NCBI GenBank assembly: GCA_964410945.1 | Contig: CAYPJE010000004.1 | Span: 24,240-88,239 of the forward strand | DNA from: an uncultured bacterium | GTDB taxonomy: Bacteria > Fidelibacterota > Marinisomatia > Marinisomatales > TCS56 | Direction: 5' to 3' | DNA length: 64,000 bases | Shown: in pieces, positions 19,875 through 28,718 of the stretch | How the letters are laid out: every line of letters starts with the position of its first letter | Numbering within the stretch: position 1 is the stretch's first letter | The notes under the pieces: model-generated | The model's database searches: none | Told to the model about the DNA's origin: nothing | The model's input: only the letters and a program-made list of their open reading frames with translations | Program-made: the position numbers and the translations under genes

Positions 19875-20915
19875 TTAATCAATTAATTGAGAAATTTTAC
19901 TGCAGATAAAATCGCCGACCTCAGAAGTGCCCATACTGCCCCCCAAGTCCCTGGTAGACCAACCTGCTTCCAGGGCTAGCCCTATCGATTCATCGAGCAC
20001 AGCGGCCAGCTTGTCCTGTTTCAGATGCTGCAGAATGGCAACCAGAGACCGAAAGGTGCCCAAGGGATTGGCAGCATCTTTTCCGGTGAACCGTTCCGAC
20101 GGTGGATGGAGCACATGAAACAGCCGTTGTCCTTCCGGACTGCGGTAGGACTCATATGCCAGACCGAGCCCGCCTTCCATGGCAGCAGCTAACTTAGAGA
20201 TCAGTTGGCCAAACGGTGGCACGGTGAGTATCAGATCAAGATCATCAGGTTTATGGAGTAATTTGAACAAGAGAAAATCAATACTCAAATATACCGGCAT
20301 AATATCATGATCATTGAGAAGATCATTAATCCTTCGCAACCAGGGATTATCCTTATTCAGTTGTGAATCAAGCAGCGCAACCGTCAATCGGCTATGTATT
20401 TTATTATCGATCTGTGATTTGATATATTCAACAATTGGATCAATCGATATAGAGGTTGAGATATCAAGATTCAGAAATGCACTTTCATTATCTGACAGTC
20501 TTGTTGCCAAATATGGTGAAACAGTAAAGGAATTGCTCACATCCTGTAAAACCCGGATATTATATACATCATCATTCAGTAGACCGCCCGAGGGATTAAA
20601 TGATAAAACAGCACGGTCCAGTATTGTCAAATTAAGTCGTTCGATGAATGACTTGAATATCCCGTTCTTCAATTTGGTACCGTCAGCGGCCTTTTCAGCC
20701 AGCGGGCCGATCCAGATTGCATCAGAATTACGGCACTCATCGATCACGGTACTGGAAACCGGAAATCCAGTCTCCTGATAATAGGCTTTACCCAGATCAA
20801 ACTCATGCAGGTTAAACTTGATTCTGGTATATGACTCCAGTGCAGAAAATATTTTATGAATTTCCCGTGCGATCTCTGGCCCGACACCATCACCCGGGAT
20901 AATCGCCAGCTTCAC
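19875..20915 (-). CDS. Isocitrate/isopropylmalate dehydrogenase-family homolog, probably non-catalytic
   Basis: 346 aa with a GTG start that overlaps the upstream stop (GTGA). The N-terminus MKLAIIPGDGVGPEI is typical of the family. The canonical G-D-I-L-S-D block reads PFGQLISK, so both Asp residues are lost. HGSAPD reads HPPSER. Confidence 0.75.
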   Translation of the reverse strand: MKLAIIPGDGVGPEIAREIHKIFSALESYTRIKFNLHEFDLGKAYYQETGFPVSSTVIDECRNSDAIWIGPLAEKAADGTKLKNGIFKSFIERLNLTILDRAVLSFNPSGGLLNDDVYNIRVLQDVSNSFTVSPYLATRLSDNESAFLNLDISTSISIDPIVEYIKSQIDNKIHSRLTVALLDSQLNKDNPWLRRINDLLNDHDIMPVYLSIDFLLFKLLHKPDDLDLILTVPPFGQLISKLAAAMEGGLGLAYESYRSPEGQRLFHVLHPPSERFTGKDAANPLGTFRSLVAILQHLKQDKLAAVLDESIGLALEAGWSTRDLGGSMGTSEVGDFICSKISQLID

Positions 20916-22174
20916 CAGATCGTTTCTCCAAAATACGGCGTTGCCAAACGATAATCTCCAAAACCGGTGGCGTCAATAAATGTAAATGATCTGTTAACGG
21001 AATAATAATGCCAAATCTGTCCGGCCGCATTGGAGATTGAGGAATATGCGCGCTCTATATCATCGGGAGCCCCGAATAGAATATAGATCATTCCCATATC
21101 CGATCGCCAGCCTGGTAGAAATGTCGAAAACTGTTTGTTTGCAAACCGAACCCGGTGGTAGTATTCTTCCATCAGTTCATTCTTAACGGTGTGCGGAGTT
21201 GGATCATGTTTATCCCAGAATTCCTTGAATAATATCTCCTTCTCACTGACGTTTGCCCGTTTAAATCTCTTAATATCGTCTTCGTCCAGAATATATCTCA
21301 GTTGATCAACGGCCAGCTCGATATCGCTGATTGTGGCCGGTATACCAGGATGCGTAATTGACAGTCGCAATGTCTCGCTAAATGTTTCCTTATCCTGGTG
21401 AAGGCTAACAATAAAATGTACATTCAAATCCCTGAGTATTTCCTGGGGGATGTGCATTATTGTTGAGAACAGGCTTGATTCATCAAGGTTGTTGTATTCC
21501 AGATTATTATCCAGAAGAACACTGTCCGAGTTATTTATAGCCACTACGGTAATGCTGAAGGGTTTGGTTTCAATTTTTCCGCTTGCCAGCAAGTAGTAAT
21601 TATCGTTCTCCTCGGGAATCCTAAAATTCATTACCGGAATCATATCATCACCAATCCCCCAATTGCCCGGCTTCTTTTTCAACAGGATAATCGGAAAAAG
21701 GAAGACACCATCCAGATATGGTGTCATATCCAGCTCAATCTCTTCCCGGCTGGCATTGTGGGTATCCCGATCCAGGACCTCAGCCGATACTATCAATTCC
21801 TCGGTTGGCAATACCAGGTTAGCATACAGGGTTGTAAACAACGTTGTCGAGACTGTCTCACGGTAATCGACTATATCAACTGAACGGGTCCATAATTGAC
21901 GGCCTTTTTGAAACCCATCTTTATTTTTTATAGAAACAGTCGCTTCAAATCGCGCCTGAAACCCTGAATCATTTTTAACAAATTGCAGCGAGGAATTAGG
22001 AATTTCCAGATAGATCACTGTTTTAACCGAATCAACGGCAATTGCCTCAATCGGCATGGCAGTCAAATGGAACGGGTTACGATTTTCTTCTTCATTCCGC
22101 CCGAAGTTCCCCCCGTCCTGAGCCATAAGAAATTGCATGGCAATAATTGTATAGATAACTGTTTTTACTTTCAT
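20912..22174 (-). CDS. GWxTD domain-containing secreted protein
   Basis: The ATG at 22174 forms an ATGA overlap with the upstream stop and gives MKVKTVIYTIIAMQFLMAQ, a signal peptide. The C-terminal motif is FLPGWRSDMGMIYILFGAPDDIE. Confidence 0.8.
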   Translation of the reverse strand: MKVKTVIYTIIAMQFLMAQDGGNFGRNEEENRNPFHLTAMPIEAIAVDSVKTVIYLEIPNSSLQFVKNDSGFQARFEATVSIKNKDGFQKGRQLWTRSVDIVDYRETVSTTLFTTLYANLVLPTEELIVSAEVLDRDTHNASREEIELDMTPYLDGVFLFPIILLKKKPGNWGIGDDMIPVMNFRIPEENDNYYLLASGKIETKPFSITVVAINNSDSVLLDNNLEYNNLDESSLFSTIMHIPQEILRDLNVHFIVSLHQDKETFSETLRLSITHPGIPATISDIELAVDQLRYILDEDDIKRFKRANVSEKEILFKEFWDKHDPTPHTVKNELMEEYYHRVRFANKQFSTFLPGWRSDMGMIYILFGAPDDIERAYSSISNAAGQIWHYYSVNRSFTFIDATGFGDYRLATPYFGETIW

Positions 22175-23823
22175 TGATCTATCCGCCAAATGAATTTTAT
22201 TAATCCTTCCGTGGTTCCAATCCAAATCTCGTCACCGGAAATATACACATCATTCATATTACCCATGAAATTATAATCATATTCCCTGTACGAACCGGTT
22301 TCAGTGCTGATGCGGAACAACCCGTCATTCACTGCCAGCCATAGATAGTTGTCATCTCTATCCATTGATCGTATATATTTTCCTTTGTAAATCACCGGAC
22401 TCAAGATTTTTGACCATTGGCCGGATGTTTTGTTAAAGGAAAGAATTCCGGTAGATGTTCCAACCAGCAGAGAATCACCATTGATGGTCAGGGAGGTAAA
22501 TCCGCTGAAAGTATCAAATTCCGGTTGAAATGATTCGTTCCGATAGTACTGTTTATATTCCATCAGCCGATTGTCATCAAACTCCAGTATTCGCAGGTTT
22601 TGAACCGAGGCAATCCAGAGACTATTTCCATAAACCGCCAGATCAGAGATGTATTGTTCGCTATAAACGGACTCTAATCCGGTCAACAATTTTTGATAAC
22701 TGCCGACTGCCAAACATCCGATCCCCCGGGAGGATCCAATCCAAACCCTGGATTTACTGTGTACCAGTACATTTATCCGGCCAGGTGGAACACCGTTGGC
22801 TTCATTCAGAGTCCGCCATGAGTCAAGATTTTTATTGTAAACCAGAATCTGTCCGTTTCCACCAAACCACAATTCATCACCGATAGACATTGCAGAATAC
22901 AATGGCTGAGGGGCCATATTGATAATATTTCTGGAATAAAAATTATCATATACATTACGCTTAATATCGATTCTGCTAACGCCAGCCTCGTTTTGGGTAC
23001 CGGGTCGGCCGCTCACCCATAATCCATGGTAGGGTAAGATAAACTGGATATCAGCCGTCACCAGACCGATTGGAATATTCTCGAAGGTATTCATCTGGGG
23101 ACTGCTTTTAAATACTGTTCCCCGGTCAGTCCCAATCCAACTGTCACCCAGTCTGGTTCTGTAAAATGTGGTTATACCGTGATATTCACCTTTTGGATCC
23201 AACAAACCGCGGTCAAACAGATCCCACCCCCCAAACAGGCTATAATCGCTGAGAATATCAACAGGATCGATGTAGGTGGGTATAAAACCACCACTCCAGT
23301 CAATTGTATCCGAGTCGGGGTTGATCATTTGGCCGATCATAATCCCGGAATTTCGATCGCATTTGATAACCAGAGTTCTGGTCCGGCACCAAAGATAACT
23401 TTCATCTGAACCAATCTGAATGATCCGGTCTGACCGGCCCAGGCCAAGATCATCGAAACCAATCTTCTGCCAGCCACCTTCCCGGTCAAAGCTATAACAC
23501 AAGAATCTTGGCGTTGCCACCCAGATAATTCCGGTATTGCTGTCAACATGAACGGCCGTGGTTCTATTAGCCGGTAATCCCTGGGCCGTGCTCAGTGGTT
23601 CCTCAAACTGAAAGGCATAATTATTATAACGCCAGACACCACCGGATTCAGTGGCGATATAGGTAAACAACGTACCTTCAGTGATAGCATTGATTTGACC
23701 TGTTGGTCGATATAGGACCCAATCAAAAGGATGATGATGGGGAGCAGGCTGGCAATAAACCATCGCGCATAAAATGGTTACCAGTCTAATCAGGTATTTA
23801 AGTACTGTGAGTCCTTTAAGCAT
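22171..23823 (-). CDS. Secreted beta-propeller protein (two-component-regulator-propeller-like repeats)
   Basis: 550 aa with a signal peptide. Repeats of the type (L/I)W(I/V)G(T/S)xxG recur: SWIGTDRGTVF, LWFGGNGQILVY, VWIGSSRGIGC, LWLAVNDGLFRI and IWIGTTEGLIKF. Confidence 0.7.
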   Translation of the reverse strand: MLKGLTVLKYLIRLVTILCAMVYCQPAPHHHPFDWVLYRPTGQINAITEGTLFTYIATESGGVWRYNNYAFQFEEPLSTAQGLPANRTTAVHVDSNTGIIWVATPRFLCYSFDREGGWQKIGFDDLGLGRSDRIIQIGSDESYLWCRTRTLVIKCDRNSGIMIGQMINPDSDTIDWSGGFIPTYIDPVDILSDYSLFGGWDLFDRGLLDPKGEYHGITTFYRTRLGDSWIGTDRGTVFKSSPQMNTFENIPIGLVTADIQFILPYHGLWVSGRPGTQNEAGVSRIDIKRNVYDNFYSRNIINMAPQPLYSAMSIGDELWFGGNGQILVYNKNLDSWRTLNEANGVPPGRINVLVHSKSRVWIGSSRGIGCLAVGSYQKLLTGLESVYSEQYISDLAVYGNSLWIASVQNLRILEFDDNRLMEYKQYYRNESFQPEFDTFSGFTSLTINGDSLLVGTSTGILSFNKTSGQWSKILSPVIYKGKYIRSMDRDDNYLWLAVNDGLFRISTETGSYREYDYNFMGNMNDVYISGDEIWIGTTEGLIKFIWRIDQ

Positions 23824-23884
23824 TACAAGAACTCAATATTAGCAAGAATATTATCGTAACGCTATATGATTGATGTAAATCAAC

Positions 23885-24865
23885 TCAATTAACTGATTGA
23901 TACATTGCAGTGAGCATCTTGTGATCTACCGGAACGGCACCAACCTCAGCACATACACGTCCAGCAGCCAGATTTGCGATTTCTGCAGCCTCGACAACCG
24001 TTGCCCCACTCAGATCAGCCAGGGTAAACACAGCGATCACCGTATCCCCAGCCCCGGAAACATCATGTACCTTCCGGGCTTTGGTAGGAATTGTATTATC
24101 CATATTATCATGGAAAACAGTAATGCCATCCTGTCCCCTGGTAACCATTACAACTTCGGCCTGTAATTTTTTATGCAGGCGGTCCCCCAATTCCAGAAAT
24201 TCCTGTTCATTTGAAGGCATGGTATTCACAGCCGTGAGAAATTCCTTTGTGTTTGGCTTAAACAGGCGGACCTGCTGGTAGGAGAAAAAATTATCAAATT
24301 TAGGATCAACATAAACCGGGACACCCAGTCGATTGGCAGTGGATAAAACATGCTCAATGACATCAGCCGTCAATAACCCTTTGTTATAATCGGCAATTAT
24401 AACAGCATCGCAACCGGAGATATTAACCTCCAGATTATCAATCAGATTCCTGATAACAACGGGATCATGCCAATCCTTGTTTTCACGGTCGGTGCGCAAA
24501 ATCTGCTGGTTCTGCGCAATAATCCTGGTCTTAACGGTTGTCAGTCGCCTGGGATCAATTATAAAACCGCCCGTGTCGATTGCATTCGCTTTAAAAAGAT
24601 TGATCAACTCATCACCGGCGTTATCTTTACCAATAACACCAACTACTTTAACTTTGGCATCCATTTTCGCCAGATTAAGAACAACATTGCCTGCCCCTCC
24701 GGCAGTTGTTTCGATCCGTTCAACATCGACAATCGGCACCGGTGCCTCGGGGGAAATACGACTGGTTGATCCCCAGTAGTATTCGTCCAACATGAAGTCA
24801 CCAATCACCAGGATTGTTTTTTCCTGGAACTGGTTGGTAATTTCCTCAAACCTGTTTATATCCAC
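23885..24865 (-). CDS. D-glycero-beta-D-manno-heptose-7-phosphate kinase (RfaE/HldE domain I, PfkB family)
   Basis: 326 aa. The block ILVIGDFMLDEYYWGSTSRISPEAPVPIVDVERIETTAGGAGNV is present, along with the C-terminal motif DVSGAGDTV. Confidence 0.85.
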   Translation of the reverse strand: MDINRFEEITNQFQEKTILVIGDFMLDEYYWGSTSRISPEAPVPIVDVERIETTAGGAGNVVLNLAKMDAKVKVVGVIGKDNAGDELINLFKANAIDTGGFIIDPRRLTTVKTRIIAQNQQILRTDRENKDWHDPVVIRNLIDNLEVNISGCDAVIIADYNKGLLTADVIEHVLSTANRLGVPVYVDPKFDNFFSYQQVRLFKPNTKEFLTAVNTMPSNEQEFLELGDRLHKKLQAEVVMVTRGQDGITVFHDNMDNTIPTKARKVHDVSGAGDTVIAVFTLADLSGATVVEAAEIANLAAGRVCAEVGAVPVDHKMLTAMYQSVN

Positions 24866-24868
24866 ATG

Positions 24869-25489
24869 TTACTCCGAATCCAGTCTTGGCAGAATAAAGG
24901 CAAAAATGACATACAGAACGATACCGGCACCAATACTCATGATCGTACCGAAAGCCCAGATCAACCTCACCAGGGTTGGGTCAAGATTTACACTTTCTGC
25001 AATACCTCCGCAAACGCCGTACAGTACTTTGTCTTCCTTGGACAAATGATAGGGCATCGAATTCTTAATCCCAATTTTCTTTGCCAGGTTTGTTCGACGG
25101 TTGCTGAGGTAGTATACACCCAAACCTATAATTACCAAGGCAAAGATAAGGTTAAAACCAAAACCCCAGAAGCGGGTAATAAATACCCCGATTGCATGAT
25201 TATACTGGAATATTAATATGATACCGATAATGATGAATACAATACCCCAGATATTTGATTTATCGAATCGGATATTAAGGTTCTTATAAAACGGCTTACC
25301 GTCAATGTTATTTTGATCTGGTATGAAAATCACACCAAGGATATAGGCAATTATACCGGATCCACCAAAGAGCGTCAGAAAGACCCAGCCAAGCCTGACA
25401 ATCATCGGATCAATCTTGAAATATTCACCAAAACCGCCACAGACACCGGCAATTATTCTTTCATTTTGCGAACGATATATGTGTTTCAT
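24869..25489 (-). CDS. Membrane protein with two PspC domains
   Basis: The two PspC-like blocks are RSQNERIIAGVCGGFGEYFKIDPMIVRLGWVFLTLFG and SKEDKVLYGVCGGIAESVNLDPTLVRLIWAFGTIMS. The ATG at 25489 avoids an overlap with the HDAC gene. The ORF track extends to 25528. Confidence 0.8.
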   Translation of the reverse strand: MKHIYRSQNERIIAGVCGGFGEYFKIDPMIVRLGWVFLTLFGGSGIIAYILGVIFIPDQNNIDGKPFYKNLNIRFDKSNIWGIVFIIIGIILIFQYNHAIGVFITRFWGFGFNLIFALVIIGLGVYYLSNRRTNLAKKIGIKNSMPYHLSKEDKVLYGVCGGIAESVNLDPTLVRLIWAFGTIMSIGAGIVLYVIFAFILPRLDSE

Positions 25490-25490
25490 C

Positions 25491-26441
25491 TTATCCCTCC
25501 AACAATGAATTAAGATGGACTTCCACACTGGCGCTTAAACCATCCAGGTCATATCCACCTTCCAGGACCGACAGAACCCTTCCATTACAGCATTCGTTAC
25601 TGATCCTGACTAAAATTCTGGATAACTCCCAAAAACCTTCGGTGGTAACTTGCATTCCACCGATTGGATCAAGAATATGAGCATCAAAACCAGCCGATAG
25701 TATCATCAAATCCGGGTTAAAGCTAAGTATTTTTTCGGCCACGGAATTTTCCATTAGATCCAGATATACTTTATCCCCTGTCCCCTGTGATAAGGGATAG
25801 TTTACAGTAGTACCGGCTCCGGCACCACGACCAGTTTCATTTTCAGACCCGGTACCCGGATAAAACGGGTAGCGATGCATACTGATGTACAATACATCCG
25901 GATCATCCTCGAACAGATGCTGTGTCCCATTACCATGATGAACATCAAAATCTATAATCGCTATTTTCTGCTGATCGTATTTGGCCTGTGCATACCGTGC
26001 GGCGATAGCCACATTATTGAACAGACAAAATCCCATTGCCTGATTATATTCAGCGTGATGGCCGGGGGGACGTGGCAATACCATGACTCTCGGATTGTTG
26101 TTATCACCGTAAATATAATCAATTCCCTGGGCGGTGGCATTAGCAGCCAGAACAGCAATCCGGAATGAATCATGGCAAATCGGATTATCAAAAGTATCAA
26201 TATGCTGATCACCCCGGTCACAGGTTAAGCTGACCCGCTTTATATAGGCCGGATCATGAATAATTGTGGGCAAATTGAAATCGATTATTTCCGGTTCAAC
26301 CAATTCAAGTTTTTCTTTAATTCCTGATTGCTCAATATGGTCCATCACTGCCTTCAGGCGTGCCGGGCTCTCCGGATGTCCAAATCCCGTATCATGATCC
26401 AAAAAGCGTTTTGAGTAGAATAACCCAAGTCCCATAGTCAC
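25491..26441 (-). CDS. Histone-deacetylase-family amidohydrolase (AcuC/acetylpolyamine-amidohydrolase-like)
   Basis: 316 aa. Motifs PPGHHA, DFDVHHGNGTQ and EGGY are present. Confidence 0.85.
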   Translation of the reverse strand: MTMGLGLFYSKRFLDHDTGFGHPESPARLKAVMDHIEQSGIKEKLELVEPEIIDFNLPTIIHDPAYIKRVSLTCDRGDQHIDTFDNPICHDSFRIAVLAANATAQGIDYIYGDNNNPRVMVLPRPPGHHAEYNQAMGFCLFNNVAIAARYAQAKYDQQKIAIIDFDVHHGNGTQHLFEDDPDVLYISMHRYPFYPGTGSENETGRGAGAGTTVNYPLSQGTGDKVYLDLMENSVAEKILSFNPDLMILSAGFDAHILDPIGGMQVTTEGFWELSRILVRISNECCNGRVLSVLEGGYDLDGLSASVEVHLNSLLEG

Positions 26442-26447
26442 CTCAAA

Positions 26448-27149
26448 TCAATAATTCCGTCGCCGTTGATTCCGGTTAGAGCGTCCTTTACCAGGCCGTA
26501 TCTTGCATATATGCCCATTATCCAGATAAATCAGGACCGAAGCTATCGTCTGGATATTATCGTTGCTGGCCGAAGTCATAATGATTGTTGTACCTAATTC
26601 CCGAGTCATTTTCTGGAGGGTCCGATTAAATTCCTGACTCATAGTATAATCGAATCGAATGCCATAGTCATCGATTAAAAGTACCCGGGGATCGGATTCC
26701 GCAGCTACAATTAATTTTAACCAGGTCTGTTCACCGGGGGATAATTCGTTGGCGGGTACATTCAACAATTGTTTCTGGCTGCCATTATTAAATTGGCGGT
26801 TGATCACTCTTTTAGAAGTCTTAGGAACATTTTGTTCAATATAATTCTGGACCGGCAAGCGGCTGGTTATTGGTTTGTGGTCAACCAAATGAATGGTATC
26901 ATCCAGTTTGATTTTCCCCAGCCAATTAGTCGTAAATTCTTCATTATCATATTTCAGTGTACCGCTGTCTGGCTTGACCTCCCCGGCCAGAACCTGCATC
27001 AGGCTTGATTTTCCGGAACCGACCGGTCCGATGATTCCGTATATCGTGCCCCGGTGGACCTGCAGATTGCCAACCTGGAGGATATTACGCCCCCTCCTGG
27101 AAAGTTTCAGGCCCTTTATATCATAAATTAAAGTCGCTGCTTGATTCAT
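26448..27149 (-). CDS. Orphan ABC-type ATPase-like protein with degenerate catalytic motifs
   Basis: Walker A is GPVGSGKSS, the signature-like motif is LSPGEQ, and Walker B is VLLIDDYG (Asp where the catalytic Glu is expected). No H-loop His is seen (IIMTSASND). The C-terminal tail is basic: GKGRSNRNQRRRNY. No permease gene is adjacent. The ORF track extends to 27182. Confidence 0.7.
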   Translation of the reverse strand: MNQAATLIYDIKGLKLSRRGRNILQVGNLQVHRGTIYGIIGPVGSGKSSLMQVLAGEVKPDSGTLKYDNEEFTTNWLGKIKLDDTIHLVDHKPITSRLPVQNYIEQNVPKTSKRVINRQFNNGSQKQLLNVPANELSPGEQTWLKLIVAAESDPRVLLIDDYGIRFDYTMSQEFNRTLQKMTRELGTTIIMTSASNDNIQTIASVLIYLDNGHICKIRPGKGRSNRNQRRRNY

Positions 27150-27215
27150 CGTCAATTCCTTTCTCCAACGGTTTCCCGTCAAACGATGAATCGAATCACC
27201 AATATCGAGATAGAT

Positions 27216-28136
27216 TTACTGCTCTAAGAAACGCTCCGCATCAATTGCTGCCATACAACCGGTTCCAGCGGCTGTGATAGCTTGACGATAAACATGATCC
27301 TGAACATCACCGCAGGCAAATACACCAGGTGTCGATGTAAATGTACGGCCTTCTTTAGTAATAATATATCCTGTTTCGTCCAGGTTCAGTTGGCCTTCAA
27401 ATAACTGAGTATTGGGTTGATGGCCGATAGCCAGGAAAATACCGTCGCAGTTGTCTTCCCTGGTCTCTCCAGTCACGGTGTCTTTCAATATTACACCGGT
27501 TACACCGGTTTCCTTTGATCCCAACACTTCGGTAATGGTTGAATTCCAATGCACTTTGATCTTCGGATTAGCCAATACACGTTCCTGCATAATCTTGGAA
27601 GCACGCAGTTCATCACGACGATGAACGACCCATACTTCGGATGCGAATTTGGTCAGGAAGCTGGCTTCTTCCATGGCAGAATCTCCACCACCCACAACTA
27701 GAACCTTTTTATCCCGATAGAAAAAACCATCACAGGTTGCACATGCAGAGACACCAAAACCCATCAACTTCTGTTCAGATTCCAATCCCAGCCAGCGGGC
27801 GGTTGCCCCGGTCGAAATAATTACTGAATCGCTGGTATAAACTTCATCACCAGCCCAAACTTTAAATGGCTTTTGTGTCAAGTCGACTTTGGTTATTGAT
27901 TTAAACACTGTTTCAGCTCCGAAACGTTTGGCTTGCTCCCGCAGGGAATCCATCAGTTCCGGGCCGGTTATCCCTTCTGGAAAGCCGGGGAAATTCTCCA
28001 CTTCAGTGGTAATCGTCAATTGTCCCCCCGGTTGATTTCCTTCAAAAACAATGGGATTTAAATTGGCACGTGCAGTATAAATAGCAGCCGTCAAACCGGC
28101 TGGTCCAGATCCTATGATGATGACTTTCCGATTCAT
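27216..28136 (-). CDS. trxB: Thioredoxin-disulfide reductase
   Basis: 306 aa. Motifs GSGPAG, redox-active CATCDG and [10 protein letters not shown] are present. Confidence 0.95.
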   Translation of the reverse strand: MNRKVIIIGSGPAGLTAAIYTARANLNPIVFEGNQPGGQLTITTEVENFPGFPEGITGPELMDSLREQAKRFGAETVFKSITKVDLTQKPFKVWAGDEVYTSDSVIISTGATARWLGLESEQKLMGFGVSACATCDGFFYRDKKVLVVGGGDSAMEEASFLTKFASEVWVVHRRDELRASKIMQERVLANPKIKVHWNSTITEVLGSKETGVTGVILKDTVTGETREDNCDGIFLAIGHQPNTQLFEGQLNLDETGYIITKEGRTFTSTPGVFACGDVQDHVYRQAITAAGTGCMAAIDAERFLEQ

Positions 28137-28146
28137 CTGATTATTT

Positions 28147-28473
28147 TTATAAAACCTCTTCTAAAAGTTTTGTTATATTGGTTTTTGGAACCGCTCCAAC
28201 AATTTGATGAGCAACGGATCCATTATTGAAAATCAATAAACTGGGAATACTGCGTATTCCAAATTTCATCGCTGAATCACGATTATTATCTACATTCAGC
28301 TTACCTACCTTGACCTTTCCGGTATATTCCCCGGCGATCTCAGCAATAGTCGGTGCGATTGCTTTACATGGGCCGCACCATTCTGCCCAAAAATCCACCA
28401 AAACTGGCAGGTCGGAGTTCAGTACTTCTTGGTCAAAATTAGCGTCATTAAACTCCACTAGTTCCTGTGGCAT
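28147..28473 (-). CDS. trxA: Thioredoxin
   Basis: 108 aa with the WCGPC active site. An AGGAGG sequence lies 5 nt upstream of the ATG. Confidence 0.95.
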   Translation of the reverse strand: MPQELVEFNDANFDQEVLNSDLPVLVDFWAEWCGPCKAIAPTIAEIAGEYTGKVKVGKLNVDNNRDSAMKFGIRSIPSLLIFNNGSVAHQIVGAVPKTNITKLLEEVL

Positions 28474-28718
28474 ACAACCTCCTAATGTCTGGTATAACGA
28501 GTTCTAGATTAATCCGATTAGGCGGATTGAATAATTGATAATCGGCCCATTTGCGCCGTTTAACACGGTTTAATTTCGGTCAACTAATCGAAAGTTGCCT
28601 ATACAAATTTCCAATGAATCAATATTGCTTCATTAAATTTTCGGGATCGTTTCAAAAAGCATTTTCATCTTTTGATGTGATGCAATCCCATCGGTTACAG
28701 ATTAAATCAGGCCACTGA

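Noticed and set aside
28474-28718. A 245-nt intergenic gap between tyrS and trxA, examined for an ncRNA, small ORF or terminator
   Set aside because: I found only short AT-rich hairpins (AATCAG-tggc-CTGATT just after the tyrS stop; AATCCG-attagg-CGGATT) and an 11-codon ORF. Nothing resembles SRP, 6S, tmRNA or RNase P conserved cores. The gap most likely holds a weak terminator plus the trxA promoter.
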